Part shown: one piece after another, positions 1 through 13,990 of the stretch
Layout of the letters: the number at the start of each line of letters is the position of its first letter
How positions within the stretch are numbered: the first letter of the stretch is position 1
Made by a program: the position numbers and the translations under genes
Notes under the pieces: generated by a model
What the model was told of the DNA's origin: nothing
The model's database searches: none
Seen by the model: the letters and a program-made list of their open reading frames with translations, nothing else
DNA from: Felis catus
Lineage: Eukaryota
Length of the DNA stretch: 64,000 bases
Reading direction: 5' to 3'
Assembly: GCF_018350175.1 (NCBI RefSeq)
Contig: NC_058373.1
Span: forward strand, 113,090,001 to 113,154,000

Positions 1-1325
1 TACCCAAAGTTTTAAATCTAGGGGAGGCAAAAAAGGATAGAGGTTAAAGGTATCAAAACACTAAGGGCTGACTGCCTAGATTCACTACTTCTAGCTTTTT
101 GGCCTAGGACCAATTACTGAAGCTCCTTGTGCCTCAAAGTTTTCTTCTGTGAAAAGTGGCGTTAAAATAAGTATCTCTTTATGGTTGTTGTGACAAGATA
201 AATAAAACACTTAAAACATTTGGCACACAACTAAGATTATTTTATACCAGGTATTAAATGTTTGCAAGATTACTTGGTACTTTAAAAAGCCTTGGCTGTG
301 CTATCAATGGACTTAAATACAATACTCATAAGCCTAGTGTTAACAATTTCACTAAAAACTCTCCCACAGCCAGTCACCTCAGACAGTGGGTACAAGAAAG
401 CCTGAGTAATCATGGATGGCTCACACCAAATCAGCACCAAAAACCTCGGTCTGCTTCTAACAGCCACTCAAATGCCTCATCTTCCTATGTGGAAGACAGC
501 AAGTTGTTATAGTTTAGAAGATGAAAAGTTACCACCTGAGAGTAAGAAACAAGGTATTTTTTCTTAGATGAGAAAATATTAATGACCCCCCTTAACTCAC
601 TCATATTTATGAGTACCCCAAAATTCAACAGTCCTCTCAGTAAGTTTACCAGTAAAGCACTTCATATGAAGAGGGGATAAAGGGAGGCTATCCACCTCCT
701 GCATGTCTGCAGAGAAAACGCTTTAGGTAACAATCCCATGTGCCAATCTGAGCAGAACATGACTGATTTTAGCAGTAAATTTCTTAAATAAAGGAACAAC
801 TCATTTTTAAATCATTTTACTGTTTACACCATAGTCACATTAAAATTGGCAGAACTCCCATGACAGACAAGACAGAGACCTGTCATGCAAGGAAAAATAG
901 TGAAGGTTTCGTAAAGCTTGAGAGAAGTACCACGGTAACACAAGGATGGCTGCAGCAATCTCGGGGAGCAGGTAGGAACAAAGGGTGCTACAGTGACAGC
1001 TGGCCTGAGGCCACTGCTGTTTCCTAAGGGGAATTTCCTAATATGCTTGGTAAGCAGAGCACTTGTAACAGATGTAAACAGAATAGGGTACCATTTCTGC
1101 AGAGTAAATTCTACAGGTTCCTGGGCAAGGTCTACAAATCTCACATGATATAAATGGTTGCTGAATTAGGATTTTGCAAAGGCAGCCCCATAACCAACAT
1201 CCTGGGAAATGTTACCACCAGTGAAATTCTTAGGCCAAAAAATAAATAGCGACACGTACCAAACCTACACACCGTGAATTAAAATGGTGCCATGTTAGGG
1301 CTTATGAAAGAACCAGAGCAGGAAA

Positions 1326-1467
1326 CTATTCAAACAAAAGATCCTCATCCTTCTCTTCAGCCAAAAGATTAGCAGGCTCCATCACCTCTCCGGCTGCCCG
1401 CCGCTGTTCCAAGTCCTTCTCTGATTTTTCCTTGAGAATCTTTTTCTTCTCTTGGATTTTCTTTAAC
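1326..1467 (-). CDS. ATP6V1D: ATP6V1D exon 9, coding part to stop
   Basis: LKKIQEKKKILKEKSEKDLEQRRAAGEVMEPANLLAEEKDEDLLFE-TAG; acceptor ttttacag. Confidence 0.97.
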
Positions 1468-2408
1468 CTGTAAAACAAGGAGGGGATTTTCTGAACATGG
1501 TTTCAGTTCTAAGTAGATGTGATTTCTTCTAGTTTTGTAACCATAACATCTACAAACTAGAAAACTTTCATTTTTAGTGATTTATAACCCATTTTTAAAG
1601 TATTTGAGGTAGAACATAGACATTTTAAGCTAGTAACAGACTTCAAAAGTTCCTATCCCAGACTGAATAAACTTTGAAATCCGCCCCTTAATAATGGAAC
1701 AGCGTTTGAGCATTCAGACATTTAATAAAATTTTGGATCATTCCATCTGGATCACTACAACCCTGAATGTCACTGAAGGACAGAAACACAATAACCTCTT
1801 ATAATTAAGATTATAAATCATACTCAGATGCTACTCAAGATCCAAGAAGGCCACATCCTTCCTGAATACTTGCCTTCACCTGTCTCCCACTTCTCGGAAG
1901 CTGGCACACTGACCCCTGTGTACTATACCTATTGAGGATCTGCTGTCCCTACAAGGCCTAACTGTTGATAACCAACTCAGGTAGATGCGGCCTTTCTGAG
2001 GACTGTGCTAATCCTCTAATGGTGTCATTTATCTGATTACATAATGCCCCCCAGTACTTTATACTTTCTCCTGGAGCATGTTCACTATGCCATACATAAA
2101 TGTTAACTGATTAATTCCAGTTTCTTTTTATGTGGGAGACACCTGATCTAAATTAGGATTTCATTTTAAAGAATAATCAAGTCTATCAATAGTTTCTCCT
2201 AAGGGCCTTTCTAGAGTGCCACATTTTAAGTATATGCAAAACTCAGCATACATTAGTCTCCATAGCCTTATGCCAATATTAGGTCTTGCTTCTCATTTAT
2301 CACAATAAAATACAGGCTGTGCTAATTCTAAAGAACGTAAGCCAACATGTCTCTGAGAAAATCTGGCCTTTGGAATATGAAAACAAAAAATGACCAATTC
2401 CAACAAAC

Positions 2409-2487
2409 CTATAGAACTCTTCTCGCTCTCTCTCATCCAGCTCTGTGATGATATAAGCAAGGGTACGTTCGATCCGGGGAATGATGA
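2409..2487 (-). CDS. ATP6V1D: ATP6V1D exon 8
   Basis: [25 protein letters not shown]; tag/gtttgt. Confidence 0.97.
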
Positions 2488-2853
2488 CTAGGGTTTAAAA
2501 AAATAGATATGTGTATATATATATGCATATATATATATATGAGAACTTCAAACCTTTTTTCAAACTGCCAGTGCTCATCTGTATAATAAATACTTTTTCT
2601 AATTGTAAAATTAATGTACATTTAATACAGGAAAGTTGGAAAACAAAAAAAATAAAGTATAATCCAACCACCCTAAAATAACTACTGTAAATATTTTGGT
2701 ATATACCTTTCTAGTGTCCTTTCTATAGACCAATAACACTGAATCACAATATACACAACACTGAATATACTGGATTTATATGAATATGTAACACTGAACC
2801 ACAGATGCTAGTTTAAACAGAACACCAATCCACTGTAAAAAAGTAAATCATCA

Positions 2854-2985
2854 GGGACACCAGGGTCAGGAGATCAAGCCCCATGTCAGGCTCCATGCTG
2901 AGCATGGAGCCTACTTGGGATTCTCTCTCTCCCTCTGCCCCTCTTTCTAACTCGCACTCTTAAAAAAAAAAAAAAAAATTAAGAT
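2854..2985 (+). mobile_element. CAN-SINE, older type with internal deletion
   Basis: tcaagccccatgtcaggctccatgctgagcatggagcc, CT stretch and A tail; TSD aaaaagta(a/g)atcatc. Confidence 0.85.
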
Positions 2986-3804
2986 AAAAAGTAGATCATC
3001 AAGCAAAGAGAATGCACTAAGTTGTAGAGTTTTACGGTAGTCATAAGGTGCTATTTTACATAGAATTTGCCTATCTGCTTCTAAAAACTGAACTGACTGA
3101 AGAGTTGGAACGATTTATAACCTTACCCATTTTGTTTTGCTTGCAATTCCACTGACAAAGCCTGGCACTAGCAACCAGCCAGGAAATGTGTGTGGAGTTT
3201 TGAAAAATGAGATAACCTCTTCTTTAACACCAAAAGACCAAAATAAGTGCTGTGCTGTTCAAAATCTATTCCTTTCTTACCTTAAAATTGAGCATTTCTT
3301 TAATGAAAATGGAGTTCTTTGAACGGAAAGTATTGTGCCAACATTAAGTGTAGTTTTAGAACAATAAGAAATGGAAAAAAAAAATGCATCAAATGGGAAA
3401 ATTTTTAGGAATCAAGAAGAGCAGGACATAAAGCTTACAGGAAAAGGGATTTAAAGTTAAATATTTAATGTGTTCAAAAGATTACTGAATCACTGGAAAG
3501 AACCAGAGAAAACACTAGAGCTCTTGAAAAATAGTTTTGCCCTTTATTCATAACCAGGAATGAATAAAACACTTCAGAACTTTTAACTTCCTATTCCATT
3601 GTATAACTCACCCCTAAATCATAAACATACTTCTATCAAAGCACTTAGTAACACTTTACTGCTGACTCATGGCCCTTCCCACTGTGGACAGGGGCAAGGT
3701 CTTATTCACCTTGTGATCAGTGCCGGATTCCCAGCAGTTACATAACAAATGTGGAGGTATGGACAAGCGGGTGAACAAAGAGCCTCACAGCAGCTTACAC
3801 TCAC

Positions 3805-3871
3805 CATGTTCAATGGCATTTACACGCCTGTTGGTTATCTTAATAGCTTCATCCAAAGTAACAAAGGAAGT
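3805..3871 (-). CDS. ATP6V1D: ATP6V1D exon 7
   Basis: TSFVTLDEAIKITNRRVNAIEH; tag/gtgagt. Confidence 0.97.
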
Positions 3872-4456
3872 CTAAAATAAGAGAACAAATAATGTAAGCA
3901 TAAAGTCTTCCTAATCATGTCCTGTTCACTTGGCTTCACTCAGACTGCACTTGTAGAGAACATTTGGAAACCAAGACTACTTTTCAATCTGCTTAAACAG
4001 GAAAATTCTTGTGAGATTTCCACAGAGCTAATACTATTTCTATGCTATTCTAATTTGTTCACTTCAGATTTGCCTAATGTTATAAAAGTGGCAAGGGGAA
4101 AGAATCAGGCACTATTACATAGATCTACATTAACTGGTCACAAAAGGGAAAAAATAGCTTTCATGCATAAACTAGGTTATATTTACATTTAAATCCAGTA
4201 TCCACTGTTGCTGTTCTCACCTACACAAGAGTGAAACTATACCATTGCACACACATTTTGTTAGTAGTAAGAAGTAGACACAAAGGTACAGAAGCCATCA
4301 TTTAAGGAATCAAAACATCCCTGGCTTTTTTTACATAAAGTCACGGAAACAGTTTAAAGCAGTAAGTGCAGGATGTGTGGATTCAAGACCTGAAGCTTCC
4401 CCTCTCGGCTCTCAGCTCTCAAACCGAAGCAGGTCTCTAGTTCTCCTGCTACTGAC

Positions 4457-4560
4457 CTGAAGTGAAGCCAGTTCCACCAGTAATTCCACTGCTTTGGCAT
4501 AGTTCCTCTTTAATTTAGCCAATTGTTCCCCACCTCTGGCTAAACCAGTCAGTTCATAAC
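4457..4560 (-). CDS. ATP6V1D: ATP6V1D exon 6
   Basis: YELTGLARGGEQLAKLKRNYAKAVELLVELASLQ; cag/gtcagt. Confidence 0.97.
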
Positions 4561-4733
4561 CTGAAAGAACCAGTTAGACAACACTTGTAGGTAGACGTAA
4601 ATAATCTTCCCGATAAATTTCCCAAAAAGAAGTCAGAATAATACCAACCAAGAAGAAACAAATTCACTAACCCCTGTTAAATGGAAACATTAAGTATCCA
4701 TCCTACTCCCTAGGCATGCTGAACAGTGAACAT

Positions 4734-4966
4734 GTTTGTTTTGATGTGAAGTTTTAAGCATTTAAGTTTTTATTTAAATTCAGGTTAGTTACCATACAGT
4801 GTAATATTTGTTTCAGGCATACAATACAGTGATTCAACACTTCCATATAATACCCGGTACTCATCACAAATGTACTCCTTAATCCCCATCACCATCACCT
4901 ATGTAACCCATCCCCCACCCAGCTCCTCTCTGGTAGCCATCAGTTTGTTCTCCAGAGTTCAGACTT
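4734..4966 (-). mobile_element. Carnivore L1 3' end fragment with TSD
   Basis: Matches the recalled carnivore L1 3'UTR (gttagttaccatacagtgta...ccatcagtttgttctc); flanked by the direct repeat aacagtgaacat at 4722 and 4967. Confidence 0.75.
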
Positions 4967-5099
4967 AACAGTGAACATACTTTTCTCCCCAAGGAAGCTA
5001 TTCTAAATATAACTATAGAAGAAGCTTTTAACCAACCTTCACTTTATTCACATTGTGCCCATCCCCTTGTATCATATGGCCTGATGCCTGCCCATAGTA

Positions 5100-5580
5100 C
5101 AGTAACTCTCCATTAACAAGTGACTCTCTAGGATGCTCCATTTCTTTATTCAAGCTGTACTAAATATCCTCTGTGAACCAATGAAAGAATAGTACCAAAA
5201 ACTGTTGTTTCTACGAAGAAAAGTTGATTACTTTGAAAAGACTCAACAAAGATGTGTTACTACACAAAAAATGCTATCAAATTAGGAAATTCTAATACAA
5301 TTGTAAAAAATTGAGGCTGAGCTATAAAATCTAGGAAGATTCAGCAGAGAGTCTAAAACCTTAAAGAAATTCAAACTGGAAATTATAAACAATGCACTAT
5401 GGGTGCAGTTTATGCAGAAAGACAACACAGAAGTCTTTTTTTAATAGCAAATGACTGTATATTTAAGTATATCTAGGTGGAAATAAAACATTTTAAGACA
5501 TCACAATGTTTTAAGACCCCTGCCATAACACTTTAACTAACCATCGTCCCAATTGTACCAGACGAGAAGGCTGCTAACAC
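5100..5580 (+). mobile_element. Old Tigger-like DNA transposon fragment
   Basis: Resembles a recalled decayed Tigger transposase N-terminus (aaaagttgattactttgaaaagactc...aaactggaaattataaacaatgcactatgggtg). Confidence 0.4.
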
Positions 5581-5691
5581 ACTGGAGCCACTAAAATCAA
5601 AGAAGGTCTATCTAGCACCATTTTCCAGAAAAAAGTTTAAAGAGGAACCTGGAGAATCCAGAGACACAGACTACCCAAGTTTCACACTTAC

Positions 5692-5736
5692 TGTCAGTTC
5701 CTTCATGGTAATGTTCGAACACTGGCAAAGTAACCC
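5692..5736 (-). CDS. ATP6V1D: ATP6V1D exon 5
   Basis: (G)VTLPVFEHYHEGTD; cag/gtaagt. Confidence 0.96.
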
Positions 5737-5964
5737 CTGTTAAATACAAAACGTGTGAATTACAAACATGCCCTTGAAGTACTGTTTCTTAATCACCACT
5801 CTTCCCCTGTGTTTCTTTTTCAGCAAATACTCAAAAGTCAAGAGACTGTCTGGAACTGGAACTGGTTTCAATAAATGAATTTAGGAACTTGCTATCTTAG
5901 GCGTTCATTCCTATCTAATAATCAAATTATCCTGAGTCATAAGAGATCTGTCACGATTTTCTTC

Positions 5965-6310
5965 CTTTCAGTTTTGAGGTATACATAAAATGCAGGAAAA
6001 AAACTGCACATATTTTACACATACATTTTGATGAATTTAGATACCTGGGTACACCCATGATACCATCACCACAATCAAGGCAATCAACCCATCTATCACC
6101 TCCAAAAGATTTATTGTGTCCCTTTTCGTGTGTGTTAAGAACACTCAACACAAGATCTACCCTAAGTTTTTAGGTACACAACACTGCATTGTTAACTATA
6201 GGCACTATGTTGTACAGCAGATCTCTGGAACTTATTTATCTTGTGTAACTGTAACTTTATAGCTATTGAACAGCTCCCCATTTCCCCCACCTCCATTCTC
6301 TGGCAATGGT
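5965..6310 (-). mobile_element. L1M (L1MB/MC-like) 3' end fragment
   Basis: ttgttaactataggcactatgttgtacagcagatctctggaacttatt is typical of an antisense L1M 3'UTR. Confidence 0.7.
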
Positions 6311-6415
6311 TTCAACATGTAAAGCCAATAAACTTGTTCTAAGCAGAAGAGATTAGTTAGGACATGAAGATCTTGCTGTATGAACACATTAGTTTTTAAA
6401 TGTCATTTTTTTCTT

Positions 6416-6543
6416 GGGGCACTTCAGTCGGTTAAGCGTCCGACTTCGTCTCAGGACATGATCTCGCAGTTCATGGGTTTGAGCCCCACATCAGGCTCTA
6501 TGCTGACAGCTCAGAGCCTGGAGCCTGCTTTGGACTCTCAGTC

Positions 6544-6585
<42 letters not shown>

Positions 6586-6637
6586 CCTCTCCCACTCGTG
6601 CTGTCTCAAAAATAAAAACATTAAAAAAATAAATAAA
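6416..6637 (+). mobile_element. CAN-SINE (feliform SINEC_Fc type)
   Basis: tRNA-like head, (CT)n, A-rich tail. Confidence 0.92.
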
Positions 6638-6681
6638 CGTCATCTTTTCTTCCCAGGCATGCTAAAGGGTTGAAAAGTTAC

Positions 6682-6749
6682 CTGCTACATTATCTTTCTT
6701 AGCTCGAATCTTCACTTGGGCTTTATTTACATTTTGAATTACTGTGGTG
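6682..6749 (-). CDS. ATP6V1D: ATP6V1D exon 4
   Basis: TTVIQNVNKAQVKIRAKKDNVA; cag/gtaact. Confidence 0.97.
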
Positions 6750-6974
6750 CTGCAGAAAGAGAAAAGGCCATGATTTAGTTGAGATTTTAGAGTGAGAAAA
6801 CTACAGAGACCAATCAGGTGATTTCAACAAGGATGAGATAGCACAATTAAGTATGTTCCGAGAATGGTCTTTCCAGAAAAAGAAAAAAAAAAAAAAATCA
6901 CTGCTGCCAGAAGAGGGCCTCAGAGAGTAAAGAATGAACAATTTTTCAAAACATTAAGGGGGAAAAAAAAAGTT

Positions 6975-7130
6975 ACAGAGAGGGAGGGAGGCAAACCATA
7001 AGAGACTCTTAAATACTGAGAACAAACTGAGGGTTGATGGGGGTGGGGATCCCCCACTTGTTGGGATGAGCACTGGGTGTTGTATGGAAATCAATTTGAC
7101 AACAAATTATATTTAATATAAAAAAATTAA
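6975..7130 (+). mobile_element. Felid L1 3' end fragment
   Basis: gggaggcaaaccataagagactcttaaatactgagaacaaactgaggg...gatgagcactgggtgttgtatggaa followed by an A-rich tail. Confidence 0.8.
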
Positions 7131-8057
7131 CCATAAGAAAATAACAAAAAATTATTTTAAAGTACATGGATTGAGTTTTCAGTCAGGCATGTGGTGCCAG
7201 AAAGGTGATTTAAGGGCTTTTATTCAGCTAATGTAATTTAGAGAAAATTTGTTCCTTCTAACCTTCTAGATTTGGCTAAGCAGGACTTTAATTCCTTTAA
7301 CCTGGAACCTAACTTCCATCTGGTTTTGTCTGACTCCCCAGTTTGTTCTTACAGTGTTTTCACCATAACCACCCTAAAACACATTCACATTCCACTCATA
7401 CTACTGATTCCCTGTCTCTGCTAGAAAAGTCAATGCAAGGTGCTGTCCCACAAACACTGGCAAAATTAAAGTCCATCTCTTCACAAAAGGCCTTCTGCCC
7501 CTGAGGCTGTAAGACCTGCCCATTAGGTAATGCTCCTGGATAACACAAACTAAGAATGGAGACACTGTGTCATTGGGTAAAGACAACAAAAATGAAAAAC
7601 CCTGAAAATTTCCACCTCTGCCCCCAAATAGCCATTTGCCTTCAGGAAGGCACTGAATTTAAATGAGGAATAACAATGCTTGCCTGGTTTACCTCACAAG
7701 GTTATCTGGGGAGAATCATACAATGTAACTGGCAAAACCCCCTTTGTAAAACAAAAACATTTTATATTCTTTGTAAAGCATGTACTGATGTGATGAAGGC
7801 CTTAGAGAATTTATGCCCTTTAACAACCAATTCCATTCTCAAACTTATCCTAAGGAAGTAATTCTACAGAAACAAAAAAATATATATACATGAAGATGTT
7901 TACAGCATCTTTTCTAATATTCAAAAAATCTGAAAATCAACCCAAAAGTCCACCATTAGAAATGGTTAATAAATTATGTACATTTAGAGAAAGGTTATAC
8001 AGCTATGTAAAAACCAGGAAAAATTTTCATGATACAATGTTAAATGAAAACAGACTA

Positions 8058-8280
8058 GGGGCGCCTGGGTGGCTCAGTCGGTTAAGCGGCCGACTTCGGC
8101 TCAGGTCATGATCTCGTGGTCTGTGAGTTCGAGGCCCGCGTCAGGCTCTGTGCTGACGGCTCAGAGCCTGGAGCCTGCTTCTGATTCTGTGTCTCCCTCT
8201 CTCTGAACCTCCCCCGTTCATGCTCTGTCTCTGTCTCAAAAATAAATAAACGTTAAAAAAAAAATTTATAAAAGAAAAAG
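8058..8280 (+). mobile_element. CAN-SINE (SINEC_Fc type)
   Basis: ggggcgcctgggtggctcagtcggttaag head and A tail. Confidence 0.95.
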
Positions 8281-8503
8281 AAAACTATAAAATGTTAAGT
8301 ACCCTGTGCCTCCAACTGTGTAACAGACACATGTGGATGATAATAAAGGCACTAGTGTTAGGGTGACAGAGTAGTAGCAACGAACACTTGCACCCCCGTC
8401 GTTTGTCTTTATTGCTTCTATGGTTTTCATTAAGAACAGCTTTGAAGTGAAATTATGAACATGAAAGCACTATGATTTTTCAAAACACCCCATTAAGTCT
8501 TAC

Positions 8504-8583
8504 CTGAAGTCCCCTGCCGTGAACTTGGCCTCTGCAAGTGAAAAGGCAGCTTCTCTCATCACTTCACCCATCAACATTTTAGT
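8504..8583 (-). CDS. ATP6V1D: ATP6V1D exon 3
   Basis: TKMLMGEVMREAAFSLAEAKFTAGDF; cag/gtaaga. Confidence 0.97.
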
Positions 8584-8940
8584 CTGGAAAAGCATAAACC
8601 AACAACTGATCCAACCAAGTTTATTACAAGGAAAAAACATCAAAATTACATTTCTTTAATAACCAGTATTTTATGCTAGGTGCGTGCCTAAAATAATGAC
8701 TTGATAACAAAAATATCCAATTTTGTTTTAACAGTTTTGGTTATGGTCAGTTAATAGTGTTACAAAACCATACAGTTTATAATTAAAACATCAGAACAAA
8801 GACATTAAGAAATAGAAAACGATCTTTACTGAAGGACCAATCTTATTCCTGAATGAGTTCATGCCAATTTGCTCACTGCAATGCAGTCAAAATCTTAATG
8901 GCATAGTGGCTTTAATATAAACCTGAAATATTTAATGTTT

Positions 8941-9150
8941 GGGGCGCCTGGGTGGCTCAGTCGGTTAAGCGGCCAACTTCGGCTCAGGTCATGATCTCGC
9001 GGTCTGTGAGTTCGAGCCCCGCGTCAGGCTCTGTGCTGACAGCTCAGAGCCTGGAGCCTGTTTCAGATTCTGTGTCTCCCTCTCTCTCTGACCCTCCCCC
9101 GTTCATGCTGTCTCTCCCTGTCTCAAAAATAAATAAATGTTAAAAAAAAA
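8941..9150 (+). mobile_element. CAN-SINE (SINEC_Fc type)
   Basis: Full length; perfect 16-bp TSD gaaatatttaatgttt (8925-8940, 9151-9166). Confidence 0.95.
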
Positions 9151-9247
9151 GAAATATTTAATGTTTGAGAATATTCAATAACCTTTTTTAAAAAAAAGTT
9201 AGGGCAGATGGGCAGAGTTGCCAAGTATTAAAAATGTATAGCGACAC

Positions 9248-9682
9248 GGATGCCTAAGTGGCTCAGTCAGTTTAGCATCTGACTTCAGCTCAGGTCATGA
9301 TCTCACAATTTGTGGGTTTGAGCCCTGCAATGGGCTCTGTGCTGACAGCTCAGAGCCTGGAGCCTGCTTCAGATTCTGTGTCCCCCTTTGTCTCTGCCCC
9401 CTCCCCCCCTTGCACTCAGTTTCTTGCTCAAAAAATAAACATTAGAAAAATTGTTTTTAATGGGGTGCCTGGGTGGCTCAGTGGGTTAAGTGTCCGACTT
9501 CGGCTCAGGTCATGATCACAAGGTTTGTGAGCTTGAGCCCCACGTCAGGCTCTGTGCTGTCAGTTCTGAGCCTGGAGCTTGCTTCGGATTCTGTCTCCCT
9601 CTCTCTGCCCCTCCCCCACTCATGCTCGGTCTCTCAAAAAATGAGTAAACGCTAAAAAAAAAAAAAATTTAATTTTTTAAAA
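9248..9682 (+). mobile_element. Two tandem CAN-SINEs (starts 9248 and 9462)
   Basis: Two consecutive head-body-tail units. Confidence 0.92.
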
Positions 9683-9699
9683 AGGTATACCTACAATAA

Positions 9700-10462
<763 letters not shown>

Positions 10463-10801
10463 TGTCAGAAGGTGGAGAAGGGACAGTCGAGCATCTTCCA
10501 GGCTAAGACGACACTCTGAGACCGAAACCCAATGCAAGGCACTGCAGACCACTTACAGTTTTATGCAGGGAGGGACCAACAATCCAGGCAGCTATGCGGC
10601 TATCTCTGCCAAGTCTGGATCATAAACCCCCAGCTTTTATAGAGGGGGTGGGGGGTATGGTGGGGAGATCACTAGGGAGTTACCTAAAGTGATACCCTCT
10701 GTGCACCAGCCATCTCTACCAGTTGCCAAGCGAAGTCATTGCGCAGCGTGAACAAGATGGAGCACTGACAAATGGGAGTCAGTGCTGTCAGCATTACTAC
10801 A
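10463..10801 (-). repeat. ERV 3' LTR (~339 bp)
   Basis: Begins TGTAGTAATGCTGACAGCACTGACTCC on -, directly after the PPT; shares gaacaagatggag, ttacctaaagtg and gcttttatagag blocks with the 5' LTR. Confidence 0.85.
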
Positions 10802-10811
10802 CTCTACCCTC
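10802..10811 (-). other. Polypurine tract
   Basis: GAGGGTAGAG on - immediately before the TG of the 3' LTR. Confidence 0.7.
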
Positions 10812-11099
10812 AACATCTTTATGGCCCGTATAACCTTTACACACCATTCTTCCACAATGACCCTACAGACAGGTATTGGGAGGGGACTTGCATCTCTATA
10901 CCACAGCAGCAACAGATCTGTACGACCAAAGAAAATACTTAGAACTACAATTTCCCAGCAACGCTTTCTGCAGACCCAGCAGTCAGAGCAATTGTCAACT
11001 TCAGCATAAGTGGTGGCCTATGACAAGAAGACGTTTCCAGACACAATAGAAACATTAACGATGCAAGGTTAAGGGCAGTAAGAAATGTTTTACAGGCAA

Positions 11100-13990
11100 C
11101 AGGTGTGGCAAATCTTCATTCATAAACAACAAGGTAGTGGTTTGGGCCCCATGAGCTAAGAACACCCCTGGCTTAGGTATTTTCCCTGGGAAAAGACCCC
11201 ATGTATTTTGCCCCTTAGTATCATCAAAGGGTGTACCTATATTGTACAGGGGCATTTCGGTTTGCACTAACAACCCTACCTCAATACCAAGCATCAGAAA
11301 TTCAGAAGCAGTTATTTGCATGTGCTGGGCCCTGACCAATGCATAATAAAGGGTTAAGAATACTACTGGATGGGAGGCTGTGGCCCCAAGGGATTAGGAT
11401 ACGAAGCCACCTGGAGGAGGCATTCCAAGTTTATTTCCAATAAACTAAAGCCTTACCACGTGGGAGGTCTTGTAGCAATCACAAAAAGAGGCCCTCCTCC
11501 TCCAACAGACCATGGGTCTCCAGATAACACCTGCACGAGAGCTGCAAACTGCATGGGTGTTGCTGGTGAGGTGTTCATAGGTGGTAGATGTCTGTCTTGC
11601 TATGGGCATAGCTTTAAGGAGATGAATTGCTGGTTAGTCTTGGAGACCATCCTTTCAGGGATCCACCCGTGATAAAGTCTTTAATGTGCTATTAGCCCAT
11701 TCATCCTTTCAATTAGGCCTGCAACAGTGAGGCTGTATGGCAGGTGGGAAGTCCATAATATACCCAGGTCTCTGCCCATTTTTGGGTATCATGGCCAGTA
11801 AAATGTGTCCCTTGATCACTGAGTAGGGGGTGTTTGTACATGCTCTCCAGTTTTGTTAATCTGTTACAGTTGCAGCCTGATTAGCTCTTTTTATAGGCTA
11901 AGGCTTGTACAAGTCCTGTGCAAGTGTCCACACAGGTCTGTACATATTTGTGCCCTCCCAATACTGGCAAAGGGCTTATGTAATAGATCTGCCAGTGAGA
12001 AACAGAGTTTATAGTCCACCCAATACACCCCAGGGTGTGGCATAAGGTCCATCGCTTGAGATGGCACTGGGGGCAGTTCTTGTCAGCAGCTTGTAGACTG
12101 AATATTTTACAGAAAAATGTAATCTCATTTCTCAGGTACTTTTGGGACCTCAGTGTCCTGATTTATGATGGACCCATTCTGCTACATCAGACAGGGTCAG
12201 CATTTTCTCCAGCTGAAGGGCTCATACCCAGACTAGAGCATTTGCCTCAGGATTGCCTGGTAGTGTGGATGGAGAGTGAGCAGGGACATATGCCATACTT
12301 GGATGGCTGTTCGATGGCTGCACTGGGCTTAGAGCATACTACCCAAACATCTTCTCACAGTTCTACTTTCCACAGGGGTCTATTTAATATAGCCCAGCCT
12401 TCTTTGTGCCATCATTGCATCTATGTTGTCAACCTTTACAACACTGCCCAGCTGTCAGCAGCCAAATTGATGGGCACTGGCTCATGTGTCAACACAATCC
12501 ATACCATTTTCAATTCTGCCCACTGACTTCGATTAGTTCCTTCAAACCAAAGTACATCAGAATCCAGCTGGATGGCAGAGGAATGCCAAATAGGCAAGTT
12601 TCCCCAGCAACAGCCATCAGTATACTATGCACCTGCTGGAGATGAGCCTACCTCTTCCCTTACTGGGGGCGGGGAGGAAGCATAAAGTCAGACAATTCTG
12701 AAGTTGGGCAGGGTCGATTTAAGTGACCAGCCCTAGTACCAGGTGCAGCTCATGAGAGAGGAGGTTCCTCCTCTGTAGATAAGCATGCCATTTCTGTAAG
12801 GTGCTTACCTGGGCACAGGCACTCTTAGGTTTGCTGAACATGTCTGTCCTTAGTTCATCCTCCTACCAGCAGAGAGGTTCGTACCATTACAGGCAAATCA
12901 GCACTCAGGCCTTCCATCTGCTGCAGTGCAAGATATGTAACTAATACCTGTGCTTCCACGGGATTCTACCTGGCTTCTGTTTCCTTCCATAATTGAAGCC
13001 ACAGAATCCTAACAGGATCGGTTTCTCATTTCATCCATCCCACAAGCCCCAACCAAACCCTTCTAGACATGAATTTCATCTAATTCACAAGTCACAGCTG
13101 GCATTAATATCCCCAAGGTCTGTACTTGTTTTACTGTCATTTTTTAGGATAGCCTCTTGTTGGTTTGCACCCCAATCTCATTAGCTTCCCCTCCTAACCA
13201 AGGCATATAAAAGGTCTTAATGTCTGCCCTATCACTAGACAGGCAATAAATAGTCTTCAGTAACCCAGTAAACCAACAAAAAGCCTATAATTCCTTTACC
13301 GTTTTAGGGACTAGGAAGGTTTACATTTTATCAATGACCATCCGTGGCATCACTGGTCTTACACAAACTGATGATGCCCGGGAACTTTACTGATTAACCC
13401 AGTCTTTGGATTTGTTGGCATTTACCTCTCACCCTCGAGACTTCACACCTGGAATGAGGTGGCTGCTTGAGACAGGGAGGATAAATCATCATAAGTTAAC
13501 ATAACACTGACATGATGATAAAGCACCATCTCTTCTGAAAATATTCATTTTTCCAAATCTCTAGCTACCATCCTGTGACAAACAGAGGGACTAAGGAGAT
13601 ACCCTTGGGCAACACCTGGAAGGTCACTCTGGTTCCACACGAAGGGAAATTGGTCTTGGGATTCACATCCTAATGAATGCTGGAAAAGGCATTAGACAAG
13701 TCTAGCAGGTAATGATAAGTCTTAATGGATGCTATGATTTCCCCTAACAATAAGGCTGTATTAGGTATCATGGCATGGATGAGCAGAGTAATTTTACTGA
13801 GTTCCCTATAATCTACTGTCATTTGCCAGGTCCCATTAAATTTCATTATAGGCCAAACCAACTACTGAATGGGCTTTGAGCAGGCCTGATTACCTCCACC
13901 TTTTCTAATTCTTTAATGGTGGCAATAATCTCATCATGCCCCCCCTAATAAGTAGCTCATATCATTTTATGTTTATTACTCTTTAGAAAT
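11100..13990 (-). pseudogene. ERV pol remnant (RT, RNase H region, integrase)
   Basis: RT: VWPIMKFNGTWQMTVDYRELSK...LDLSNAFSSI and QGYLLSPSVCH, with a decayed YxDD; IN: WQIYYISPLP...KYVQTCVDTCTGLVQA and SDQGTHFTG; many stops and frameshifts. Confidence 0.9.

Noticed and set aside
1..1325. ATP6V1D poly(A) site and short ORFs at 258-1144
   Set aside because: No unambiguous AATAAA on the - strand that I could assign; the ORFs lie in the 3'UTR or downstream region and have no recognisable homology.
8058..8140. tRNA-like sequences with Pol III A and B boxes
   Set aside because: Heads of tRNA-derived SINEs followed by SINE body and A tail; no complete tRNA gene recognised in the window.
8952..9655. 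Recurring ORFs such as MAQSVKRPTSAQVMISR (also at 6380, 21440, 30479, 47599, 56383)
   Set aside because: Translations of CAN-SINE bodies, not a protein family.
12035..12645. 163-aa and 79-aa + strand ORFs
   Set aside because: Antisense to decayed ERV pol; the meaningful motifs are on the - strand.
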